Assembly (NCBI GenBank): GCA_051362555.1
Contig: CM120647.1
Coordinates: forward strand, 186,001 to 250,000
From: Lingula anatina
Lineage: Eukaryota > Animalia > Brachiopoda
Length of the DNA: 64,000 bases
Direction of reading: 5' to 3'
Under the pieces are notes generated by a model. The model saw only the letters and a list, made by a program, of their open reading frames with translations, made no database searches and was not told where the DNA came from. Below are positions 40,062-50,365 of the stretch, piece after piece (positions within the stretch are counted from its first letter, which is position 1; each line of letters opens with the position of its first letter). A program made the translations under genes and the position numbers.

Positions 40062-43000
40062 TATGCATCATAAAAAAGAATGTATGACCATAATGTTAAA
40101 GGTGATACTTTCTACATCATACTGTACCACGCTCCGTGTTCTTTCAGTCTTTGGTACCGGAGGGATGCTCTACAACATCCTGAGGATATCAGAGTACATG
40201 AACACCGAGGAAGAGAGTTGTAAGAAGGTGGAATCCGTGATCATGTCCGTGTTCTACATTTGTTTCATCTCTGTGCAAGTCTACTTTCTGCTTCTCTTCT
40301 CCAAGGTAAGAGCAATGGGTTGGTACAGCAGGGCTATTATGTAGAATGCCCAAAGGTACATGCAGGTATTCTAACACTCCTCCCATAGTGTAGAGCCGCA
40401 TTCGTTTACCATAACAAACACTGGTTGCAGAATACGTTGTGGTTGCAATATGCTGCTTTACAACCAGTTCAAGAACCACAACATCCATATTGCGATATAT
40501 GTCATTGTTTGTTTAAATATACCGGCACAGTGTATACCGTAAACACAATAAATGGTTCAGTGTGTGTCTTATGGACATCAGACCTACTTCAGTGATTCGA
40601 GGACAAAAAGCAGCTTTTATTTAATAATAAGATGCAGCTTTTGGTGAAGTTTTCATTTTCAACATCATTTCCAAAGTGTGTCTTTGAAATCCCATGAACC
40701 TGAAGCTCCGTGCAAGTTACATTTCGTGAAAGTCCTCAGTAATAGAAAAACACAATTATAACTTGGTGGTGTTTATTGTATGAATAATTATGTAATATTA
40801 AATCAAAAAGACCAAAGAACAGTTTTTTTAGACTGTTTGCGCTATCTCTGTTTTCTGTCTGTACATTTGACAGATTTACTGTATTGCTGTTCTTTTCTCT
40901 CCACAAATGAAGCACATTAGTCGCCATTCATATGGTGGGACGCTGGCCTATAATTTACTTGGTTGGTCTGGTTTTATTGATTAAAATGTACACAAAATAC
41001 CAAAACAGTTTGAAGGGCTGAATTAGATTTTAGGACGTTTGATTTATAATTCTACCCATACTGGATATATGATATGAAGACTATTAAATGACGTGGCATT
41101 TTGGTGGAAAGCGCCAGACATTCCACATGTTTACACATCTGATATAAAAATAAAAGCGTCAGTTATTTCCAGTACAGTTGTCAGCGAAGTCTTTCGTTGA
41201 AATGCCTCTAAAGCGCAATGTCTATCCCCCCAAGACACACCCTGTACATACATTGACAGGCTGTGGTTATACCATACAGCCGTATCTCTCCAGGGGGCGC
41301 TGTATGAAGATCATCATTTAGTAAATAATAAGTATGCTAATCTTATATCTTACACAATGAATACAGAACTGTGAAATGAGATTTCTAAAGGTTAGATGGC
41401 ATCCGGTGACAGTTTTCATTTAACACAGCAAAGAAAAAGAATGAAAACATGGCGCGTACATGAATACATACATTAACATGTGTAGGGTAACAGACGTGAA
41501 TCCATATATAGACATCTACACGGTAGTAAATACATGAATACATACATTAACATGTGTAGGGTAACAGACGTGAATACATATATAGACATCTACACGGTAG
41601 TACATACATGAATACATACATTCACATGTGTAGGGTAACAGACGTGAATACATATATAGACATCTACACGGTAGTAAATACATGAATACATACATTTAAC
41701 ATGTGTAGGGTAACAGACGTGAATACATATATAGACATCTACACGGTAGTAAATACATGAATACATACACTGGCATGTGTAGGGTAACAGACGTGAATAC
41801 ATATATAGACATCTACACGGTAGTAAATACATGAATACATACATTTACATGTGTAGGGTACCAGACGTGAATACATATATAGACATCTACACGGTAGTAA
41901 ATACATGAATACATACATTTAACATGTGTAGGGTAACAGACGTGAATACATATATAGACATCTACACGGTAGTAAATACATGAATACATACACTGGCATG
42001 TGTAGGGTAACAGACGTGAATACATATATAGACATCTACACGGTAGTACATACATGAATACATACATTTACATGTGTAGGGTACCAGACGTGAATACATA
42101 TATAGACATCTACACGGTAGTACATACATGAATACATACATTAACATGTGTAGGGTAACAGACGTGAATACATATATAGACATCTACACGGTAGTAAATA
42201 CATGAATACATACATTAACATGTGTAGGGTAACAGACGTGAATACATATATAGACATCTACACGGTAGTACATACATGAATACATACATTAACATGTGTA
42301 GGGTACCAGACGTGAATACATATATAGACATCTACACGGTAGTACATACATGAATACATACATTAACATGTGTAGGGTTACAGACGTGAATACATATATA
42401 GACATCTACACGGTAGTACATACATGAATACATACATTCATATGTGTAGGGTAACAGACGTGAATACATATATAGACATCTACACGGTAGTACATACATG
42501 AATACATACATTGACATGTGTAGGGTACCAGACGTGAATACATATATTGACATCTACACGGTAACACATACTTGAATACATACATTGACATCTTCATGGT
42601 AACACATTAGTCACATCTGCAGGGTAACACATATCTCTGTACGTGAATACATACATTGATATCTACAGGGTAACACATATCTCTGTACGTGAATACATAC
42701 ATTGATATCTACAGGGTAACACATATATCTGTACGTGAATACATACATTGATATCTACAGGGTAACACATATCTCTGTACGTGAATACATACATTGATAT
42801 CTACAGGGTAACACATATCTCTGTACGTGAATACATACATTGATATCTACAGGGTAACACATATCTCTGTACGTGAATACATACATTGATATCTACAGGG
42901 TAACACATCTCTGTACGTGAATACATACATTGATATCTACAGGGTAACACATATCTCTGTACGTGAATACATACATTGATATCTACAGGGTAACACATCT

Positions 43001-46000
43001 CTGTACGTGAATACATACATTGATATCTACAGGGTAACACATATCTCTGTACGTGAATACATACATTGATATCTACAGCCTAACACATATCTCTGTACGT
43101 GAATACATACATTGATATCTACAGCCTAACACATATCTCTGTACGTGAATACATACATTGACATCTACAGGGTAACACATTAGTCACATCTGCAGGGTAA
43201 CACATATCTCTGTACGTGAATACATACATTGATATGTACAGGGTAACACATATCTCTGTACGTGAATACATACATTGACATCTACAGGGTAACACATATC
43301 TCTGTACGTGAATACATACATTGATATCTACAGGGTAACACATATCTCTGTACGTGAATACATACATTGATATCTACAGCCTAACACATATCTCTGTACG
43401 TGAATACATACATTGATATCTACAGCCTAACACATATCTCTGTACGTGAATACATACATTGATATCTACAGGGTAACACATATCTCTGTACGTGAATACA
43501 TACATTGATATCTACAGGGTAACACATATCTCTGTACGTGAATACATACATTGATATCTACAGGGTAACACATATCTCTGTACGTGAATACATACATTGC
43601 CATCTACAGGGTAACACATATCTCTGTACGTGAATACATACATTGCCATCTACAGGGTAACACATATCTCTGTACGTGAATACATACATTGCCATCTACA
43701 GGGTAACACATATCTCTGTACGTGAATACATACATTGATATCTACAGGGTAACACATATCTCTGTACGTGAATACATACATTGACATCTACAGGGTAACA
43801 CATATCTCTGTACGTGAATACATACATTGACATCTACAGGGTAACACATATCTCTGTACGTGAATACATACATTGACATCTACAGGGTAACACATATCTC
43901 TGTACGTGAATACATACATTGACATCTACAGGGTAACACATATCTCTGTATGTGAATACATACATTGACATCTACAGGGTAACACATATCTCTGTACGTG
44001 AATACATACATTGACATCTACAGGGTAACACATATCTCTGTACGTGAATACATACATTGATATCTACAGCCTAACACATATCTCTGTACGTGAATACATA
44101 CATTGATATCTACAGGGTAACACATATCTCTGTACGTGAATACATACATTGATATCTACAGGGTAACACATATCTCTGTACGTGAATACATACATTGATA
44201 TCTACACAGTAGCACATTAGTCACATTTGCAGGGTAACACATATCTCTGTACGTGAATACATACATTGATATCTACACGGTAGCACATTAGTCACATTTG
44301 CAGGGTAACACATATCTCTGTACGTGAATACATACATTGATATCTACACGGTAGCACATTAGTCACATTTGCAGGGTAACACATATCTCTGTACGTGAAT
44401 ACATACATTGACATCTACAGGGTAATACAAAGGACAACAGAATAAAGATTTTTAAAAAGACCTGTAGGCATTCTTAACCGGATTAGTTTCAATATTTTAA
44501 CATCTTTTTTGCTGTTATAAAAAACGTCTTAACTTAAACCATAACAAATGATTCAGTTCTTATAAGCAGAATCACTGTTTGTTTGTTTGTTATTTCGAGC
44601 CGCAGATTTCTAGTTTCGAGCACCATGTTACATAGTGCGATCAAAAAGTAAGTGTTACGAGCACCTATGATATCTGTCATACTAGTAGTGCATTAGACCC
44701 GTATTAATAGCTGACGGCAGAAAACAAGAACCCGTATTTGTGAACAGCGAGAGACACGCATGAAAGCTGACTAAGTCGTTTTTTGCCTACAGTGAGTTTA
44801 GTCATCAAAATAATGTTGCGACACCTCGTCCTATTTTATCTTTGCAGGTCTCTATTAACAAGGGTAACGTGGTCCCTGTGTTATCCCGGTTTGGGCTGAT
44901 GTTAGTGCTTGGTACCAACATCTCAGTGTGGATCTACACCACCATCTCCGAGGCCCGTCACGTGATGGAGATGGACGAACACGAGCACTCCAAGAGCGGA
45001 GGTTTGACAACGCTTACCCCCTCAGACACTCATTATACCACGCACTACAGCGTGAATGGTGAGGCTTTGCTTGGCTTTTATATCCACTTCTACACAACGA
45101 CGTAGACATACTGTAGGTTTTGTCTTCGGACATCAATGGCTTAATTTATTATTTTTGTATATATAGTTAAGCAATTTTGTAATTGATGAGCATGATGTAG
45201 ATATGACGTGTCTGTAATGACGTCACACACGAGAACTCACAGTACTGACAGATGGCGCTCGTCTGCACACAGTTTTATGAGTGTACAAAAATGATTATTT
45301 TGGTGAAGTAAGAAAAACTTCGGAAATGCGATTTCTTTGCTGAGATTAGAAATAAATATGCCAGTTGTATTCAATAAGTCGATGATTGTTTGTTACTTTA
45401 GTTAATATTTGGTAGATGTATTGCATTATAGTTCGCATGCCCATGTTCTATTAGAAATTGTATTATTCAAATTGCATGAATTGTAATGTTATGAAGCAGA
45501 TACTGGTCCCAAATGATGCATAGCTGCACCAAGCAATAAATGGAAATCAATGAAATTCGTTAAAGGTATTCTATGTGGAGTTCACACGCCAGAAGTGATT
45601 TCCCTCAGTAAAAGAGCCATTTTTCAGACTCCTACTATTGCTGAACCAGACTTTTCTCTTAGATTAAATGTTTTCTACCGTTTTTTAATTAAATTACTTA
45701 GTTCTGAACGAATCATGATTCCTTCGATTTCTAAATATCAGGGGTAAATGTCGCCATTAAGAGCCTTTAAAAGGTTTTAAAGGCCCGAAATGGGATTGAT
45801 AAGAACCGGGCCGTTCTCAAACGTATATAAAGTACCTTTAACTGCCAGCATGGGCGTCTGTGTACGCAATATTTTGAATCAATGCCGGACACTGCCTAAA
45901 GTCTGAAACTGAACGGTGAAATGTTTGGCAGTGACAACGGTAGTAAGTGATTGACGTGTTCAGCACTGTGCACAAAACACTGTAGAGGACGGCCTCGCCG

Positions 46001-46281
46001 GCGATAATAGCTGTGAACACATTAGCAAGTTGACTAACCCCCCTGCTTGCACGCCCCCCCCCCCCCCCCTCACACACACACACACACACCCCTTGTAGTG
46101 CAGATAACGCCCAGTCAGGGAAATGGTTTGCATATGCTGTCCATGTTTCTGTCGAGCTAATGCGCTTGCTTTATATTGATTTCTGCATTTGATGCTGAAG
46201 CAGTTTGCTGCATGTGGTAGATAACTTTTTGACAACAGCGTATCACCTGTCTCTTTGTGAATAACTGGATTTTAACTGTCT

Positions 46282-46350
<69 letters not shown>

Positions 46351-49300
46351 TGATAGCCTAGTGAAATCGAGGTTTGTTCTCCTACACACATTTGAAATGA
46401 CACAAAGATTGAGTCTTTGTATCCGGAAAGGCCTTAAGATTGCCTTGGTGGCTGAAAAGGCAAATTATTAAAATGAATTGTGGAAGGTCCAAGCCTTTAG
46501 TTATAAACTAGCCACACCAACTGAAAATGTCAGAAAAAACAGACACCTAACACCTAGCAAATTAAGAACAAATGATCAATTCGTAATCACTTTTTGGACT
46601 GCTGCAGCTACAGTCATTCTCTGGTAATTTTTAAAATTGATTACTGAAAATCTATTCTACATGTACATGGCAGCCTCAAGAAACATTGTTCAAAACATTG
46701 CCGCTAGAAAATAACCTCGTATGCATATAGTCAAAGTGTCATTAACATATTTCAATTATACACCGTAGTTGTTTACTATCTTAAAACCTGAGATTTGCGC
46801 TCAGCAGATCAGCTTTTATTGAAAACTGTTAAAAGGCGTCTTAAAGGTTATGAGGACATCTATGTTAAATGAACAGGTCCCATTGGAATTTGCTCAATTG
46901 AGTCAACCAATATCTGATACATGATGATCTAATTTGTAAATAGTTTTGTATAAGGAAATATTGCTGTTTATTTTGATCTAAAATCACGATCCTATTACTG
47001 TTTTAGGTTTTATATATATTAATAGTTTGTATTTTTAAGTGTTTAATTCTGCTAAAGGTTTTAATGGATTTATTATTCTAAAAAGCGTGTTGCAAACAAC
47101 GCTACTGTGACCACTGGGGGATAGTATCAGCATGTTCAAACGTTCCTTTCGTCTTTTCAGTGTCTGGCTATGGGAACAAGACGTCTGCTTACTGTCCATC
47201 AGGTATCACGGGGTTGTTCTCGTCCTACCTGTACCCGTGTGTAATAGAGAGTAGTCTCATCTCCTCCTGTATGATCTACCTCGTCTGGAGCAGGGTCAGT
47301 GACGACCCTCACAGCGACACCGGGGTTAGTAACATGGCTGGCCCTTTGGGTGTGACTAAAGAGTGTGTGAGAATGTGTTAGTTGTGATCAGAATGTGCTG
47401 AAAATGTGTTAGTTGTGATAAGAATGTGCTGAGAATGTGTTAGTGGTGATAAGATTGTGCTGAGAATGTGTTAGGTGTGATAAGATTGTGCTGAGAATGT
47501 GTTAGGTGTGATAAGATTGTGCTGAGAATGTGTTAGTGGTGATAAGATTGTGCTGAGAATGTGTTAGTTGTGAAAAGATTGTGCTGAGAATGTGTTAGTG
47601 GTGATAAGATTGTGCTGAGAATGTGTTAGTGGTGATAAGAATGTGCTGAGAGGATGTTATATTGCTACCTGTCATTTGGTGAATTTTGATTGCTTACTCA
47701 AATGACTTGCAAACCTTTCGGCTTGATAACTGTATGATGGAAAACGCAAAGGCTAGTGAAATATGCATCTGCAAACCATATCTTTCATATCTTTGGTGTT
47801 AGTGGAAATCATGTCTGTGATGAATGCAAGTCCCATCTGAGAATTATTTTAATAATTTTAATAATTAAAATACATAAAACTAAATAATTTTTATGCCATA
47901 TAAGTGAAAGAAATCCCAAGCAATAACATAGATCAAGTGAGTGCAGTTCCTATCCAAGCCTAATAAAAAACAGATAAATGACATCCTAATGTGCTGAGCA
48001 TGTGTTAGTTGTAATCAGAAAGTGCTGAGAATGTGTTAGTTGTGAAAAGACAGCCTTACATGTGATGTCTGTGTTTTCCCAGGTGTTTCGCAGAGACTCC
48101 GTGTTCCGCAGCTCCTCCCATGGCGCCTACGACCGCCGGTACGGCAGAGCCACCTTCAAGAAGTCTGCCAGCATTGCCCGGCTAGAGCACCGGAACAAGA
48201 GCTACTCCATGACACTGCCTCGGATTAGAGAGGACAGTGATGACAGTGATGATTGTCACAGCGAGGGCAGGGACGAGGTCACGCGCTCAGCAGGAAACCC
48301 CGAGACCGAGGGAGAGGTGCACCACAGAGATGACCGCGGGGGACACCGGCCAACGCCCAATGGTAACTGTCTACCGGCGAATGACGATGTCCAGTTTAAG
48401 ATCGATCCTGCAGAGTTGGAACACCTCAGTCTCACCGAGCAGTCCACGGCAGGTAAACACAGCGCCCAGCAGTCGTCACGTGCTCACGGGGATGACGGCG
48501 GGAACAGGCTAAAACTGGTGCTGTCACACCCTCACTTTGAACAGTACGGCCGCGACTATGAAGAAGACCGGCGCCAGCAAGTGTTACCACAGAGAAACTA
48601 CCCTCCAAAACCACTGCAGTCTGTTCCCTCACAGAGGTAGGTGCCCTCTTCCTCCCGGGACATCACTGATTATAACCGATAATGACTGCTGCATAATTAA
48701 ATAAAATTTATCAAACTGATGAATCTGAAACAATAATTACAATTTAGTTTAGTATGTTATCTTGCACAGGTAAAGAATTGGCATGTGCTTGCAAGGCGTT
48801 TTCCTCGCTGTGTTTAAGAGACAGGACAGTCATTGGCTGCCACTTTTGTTGTAGGTCTATCGCTACCACTGTGTTTGAACCAGACTGGGAAGAAGAGAAG
48901 GAGACGACGCACCACTCCAGTAACTACTGTGGCTTGTTTCTGGGGATGCTGGTCATCCTGGTCACCTTCGGGACCATCATCATCTTCCTGTACTACAAGT
49001 ATAAGACTAAGGACGGCTCCATGCACCAGGAGTTGTTTATCGTGAAGTCAATCATTAATGTACTGTGTGTTTGCGCCACACTGGTCACGCACTGCCAGAT
49101 GAAGGGAATGATGAAGAAGAACGCGCGTATTCGCGGTATCAGGTCAGGTATGAAGGCGACGCAGTTTGTGCAGGAATCCAACCGCCATCAGCATCAGCTA
49201 GGGCTGGACAAGGCCTTGCTAGGAATATCTCTGCTGGGGTTGCTGGCCTACTGTACCCTCACCATCATAGCTGGGGCTGGGTCACCAGACCAGGACGCTG

Positions 49301-49671
49301 CCTTGACCGTGGTGGACGCTACTATAGTGATACTGGAGGCGGTGGTACAGTCGCTGTTCCTGATGACGTCATTTCTGCCTCGCAGGGCGACCACTAAAGA
49401 CCACAGGACGCAGAGACCCGGAAGGGAGGGACTATTCTTCCTGCTTATCTGCAACTTCTGTCTCTGGGCATTCAACTCGTTTGGGGTTCGTAAGGAGGTC
49501 GCGAATCACGTACAAATCTACTTTTATTCCTTCCAGACCTGGGTCATTCTGTCCCACGTGACCTTCCCTCTGTTGATCCTTTTCCGGTTTCATTCCGTTG
49601 TCGTCATATCTGACGTCATCACGCATGCGTACACCGCAAAATATGTAGGATTAGAAGAGTTCGAGTCTTGA
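11388..49671 (+). CDS. Otop: Spliced otopetrin-family (OTOP) proton channel gene, ~755 aa model: join(11388-11485,36325-36445,39733-39877,40148-40305,44848-45058,47161-47324,48083-48636,48855-49671)
   Basis: Seen: exons are bounded by AG/GT with matching phases (2,0,1,0,1,0,2) and total 2268 nt = 756 codons including the stop. Knowledge: otopetrin motifs are present in order (KIGAIIFGTG, QVYF, RFGLMxxxxTNxxVW, YLYPCxIE, GLFLG, LDxxLL, PGRE..FLLICN..LW, FY..W..LSHVTFPL..FRFHS). The 5' exon assignment is inferred and less certain than the core. Family is recognised, not a specific ortholog. Confidence 0.88.
14786..15085. repeat. 43-bp G-rich minisatellite, ~7 copies
   Basis: Unit GGGAGTGGGGAGCAGTCTGGGATAAAGCTGGAGCCGGGGTGTA. 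Confidence 0.95.
16678..25240. repeat. 8.5-kb intronic satellite, 56-bp unit (~150 copies) with interspersed 43-bp variant units
   Basis: Unit GGTATAGAAGATATAGCAGGTATATCAAGTGAAGAAGGTATGAGAGGTATAGTACA. Variant GGTATAGGTATAGAAGATATAGCGGGTATAGCGGTATAGTATA. Confidence 0.99.
25331..25543. repeat. 14-bp minisatellite (AGTCCGTGTGGTAT), ~15 copies
   Basis: Directly visible. Confidence 0.95.
25859..26190. repeat. 87-bp tandem repeat, ~3 copies plus a degenerate fourth
   Basis: AGCTTTACTG(A/T)AGATTACTAGGAATT occurs at 25859, 25946 and 26033. Confidence 0.92.
26404..26822. repeat. 45-bp minisatellite, ~9 copies
   Basis: Unit ACTTTCCCCGTATTACTAGAGGTTACACGGTCAGTTCTAGGAGT(A/G). Gives 15-aa periodic ORFs on both strands. 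Confidence 0.96.
28767..28805. repeat. (CT)n microsatellite
   Basis: Directly visible. Confidence 0.95.
29651..30187. repeat. 33-bp minisatellite, ~16 copies
   Basis: Unit TGTCACCCTGTCCTCTCCACGACATAGCCTCTC. Explains the minus-strand (RVTERLCRGED)n ORF. Confidence 0.97.
30689..30875 (+). CDS. Candidate internal promoter and short alternative first exon (ATG 30847, MPGRRAKTK)
   Basis: TATATAA at 30689, AAGATGC start preceded by an in-frame stop, strong donor CA|GTAAGT at 30875/6. Phase 2 is compatible with exon 36325. Confidence 0.4.
33340..34395. repeat. Old diverged tandem duplication of ~500-600 bp
   Basis: Shared blocks in the same order, e.g. GATGATTGCTACTCTTACCAACGGT (~33460 and ~34058) and TCATTAATGGTCGT..TAAT.GGTGGTTGC (~33870 and ~34365). 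Confidence 0.85.
35336..35490. repeat. 78-bp tandem duplication
   Basis: GTTGACTCCTTGCTGGG...GGTAGCGGCCTCCTACTGCTGTG occurs at 35336 and 35414. Confidence 0.9.
36325..36445 (+). CDS. Otop: Otopetrin exon, TM1 (FDNDNMRAVSIMMAAVAIVVIGSLAIASASRDAIPSSTVE)
   Basis: Acceptor TTTTCTATCTCTCTTAG|, donor GAG|GTCAGT, hydrophobic helix. Phase 0 joins exon 39733. Confidence 0.85.
36464..39490. repeat. 3-kb intronic satellite, 27-28-bp unit (CCCTGGTATATCAATATAACAACCCACA), ~108 copies
   Basis: Directly visible. Begins about 18 bp after the donor at 36446. Confidence 0.98.
39733..39877 (+). CDS. Otop: Otopetrin exon, TM2 and start of TM3
   Basis: TTCCAG|CTG ... ATT A|GTAAGA. Encodes LTLSVLFALSAFWVFALLLLAW...FQKIGAI. 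Confidence 0.9.
40007..40060. repeat. Compound (GT)n(GA)n microsatellite
   Basis: Directly visible. Confidence 0.95.
40148..40305 (+). CDS. Otop: Otopetrin exon, TM3-TM4
   Basis: TTCTTTCAG| ... AAG|GTAAGA. Encodes IFGTGGMLYNILRI...C...VFYICFISVQVYFLLLFSK. Confidence 0.93.
41457..42590. repeat. 74-bp satellite (dimer of 36+38-bp subunits), ~15 copies
   Basis: TGAATACATACATTAACATGTGTAGGGTAACAGACG + TGAATACATATATAGACATCTACACGGTAGTAAATACA. Confidence 0.96.
42620..44424. repeat. 46-bp satellite, ~38 copies
   Basis: Unit CAGGGTAACACATATCTCTGTACGTGAATACATACATTGATATCTA. Confidence 0.97.
44848..45058 (+). CDS. Otop: Otopetrin exon, TM5 and His-rich L5-6 loop
   Basis: TTTTATCTTTGCAG| ... AAT G|GTGAGG. 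Encodes SRFGLMLVLGTNISVWIYTTISE. Confidence 0.94.
46284..46348. repeat. (TA)n microsatellite
   Basis: Directly visible. Confidence 0.96.
47161..47324 (+). CDS. Otop: Otopetrin exon, TM6
   Basis: TCTTTTCAG| acceptor. Encodes SSYLYPCVIESSLISSCMIYLVW. Donor GGG|GTTAGT at 47324, with an alternative in-frame AGG|GTCAGT at 47294. Confidence 0.92.
47364..47650. repeat. 31-bp minisatellite (TGTGCTGAGAATGTGTTAGTGGTGATAAGAT), ~9 copies
   Basis: Directly visible. About two more copies at ~47989-48050. Confidence 0.94.
48083..48636 (+). CDS. Otop: Otopetrin exon encoding a long hydrophilic TM6-TM7 cytoplasmic linker
   Basis: TTTTCCCAG|GTG (phase 0) ... AG|GTAGGT (phase 2). 554 nt, open, GC-rich. It supplies the phase change needed between exon 47324 and exon 48855. 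Confidence 0.87.
48855..49671 (+). CDS. Otop: Otopetrin terminal exon, TM7-TM12 (C domain)
   Basis: CTTTTGTTGTAG| acceptor. Motifs GLFLGMLVIL, LDKALL, ILEAVVQSLFL, RPGREGLFFLLICNFCLW, FYSFQTWVILSHVTFPLLILFRFHS. TGA stop ends at 49671. Confidence 0.96.
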
Positions 49672-49735
49672 CGTCATGTTTTGAGCAGCGCCTGATCGTG
49701 CCTTTATTTTCTTCGTCCACTTGAACTGCCGACTG

Positions 49736-49830
49736 TATAGAGACATATCTTAGATACTAGCACATAACACAGGTTGTCTATAGAGACATACATATCTTAG
49801 ATACTAGCACATAACACAGGTTGTCTATAG
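49736..49830. repeat. ~45-bp direct duplication in the probable 3' UTR
   Basis: CATATCTTAGATACTAGCACATAACACAGGTTGTCTATAG occurs twice. Confidence 0.9.
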
Positions 49831-50068
49831 GGAATGGAATTTTAAAAAACATTGAACTTCTGACAGAGGCAAAACGACTGAAGCTGTCTCAAGGTCATAT
49901 ACCAGTAGGACGCGAACACCCCTATTATATCAATGGGAACAGAGCGGATGACTTAGAGCAGAATGTTTTAGTTTAACAACGATTAAAGTAACCAAATTAT
50001 TTATTTTAATGCACTCTGTGGGTGTGGTAATAATTTTATTTATCAAAGTGAAACTAAAGATACGTGCT

Positions 50069-50365
50069 AATATGTCACTGTCAATATGTCACTGTCAGCA
50101 TACCACTGTCAATATGTCACTGTCAGCATGCCACTGTCAATATGTCACTGTCAGCATGCCACTGTCAATATGTCACTGTCAGCATGCCACTGTCAATATG
50201 TCACTGTCAGCATACCACTGTCAATATGTCACTGTCAGCATACCACTGTCAATATGTCACTGTCAGCATGCCACTGTCAATATCTCACTGTCAGCATGAC
50301 ACTGTCATTATGTCACTGTCAGCATGCCACTGTCAATATGTCACTGTCAATATGTCACTGTCATT
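50069..50365. repeat. 28-bp (14+14) minisatellite CACTGTCAATATGT-CACTGTCAGCATGC
   Basis: Directly visible, about 400 bp after the stop codon. Confidence 0.95.

Noticed and set aside
48754-48854. ATG at 48754 as the start of a standalone 305-aa protein
   Set aside because: Intronic read-through. A phase-matched acceptor at 48854/5 joins the upstream exons to give a full 12-TM protein.
48237-49626. Multiple alternative-frame and antisense ORFs
   Set aside because: Shadows of GC-rich otopetrin exons.
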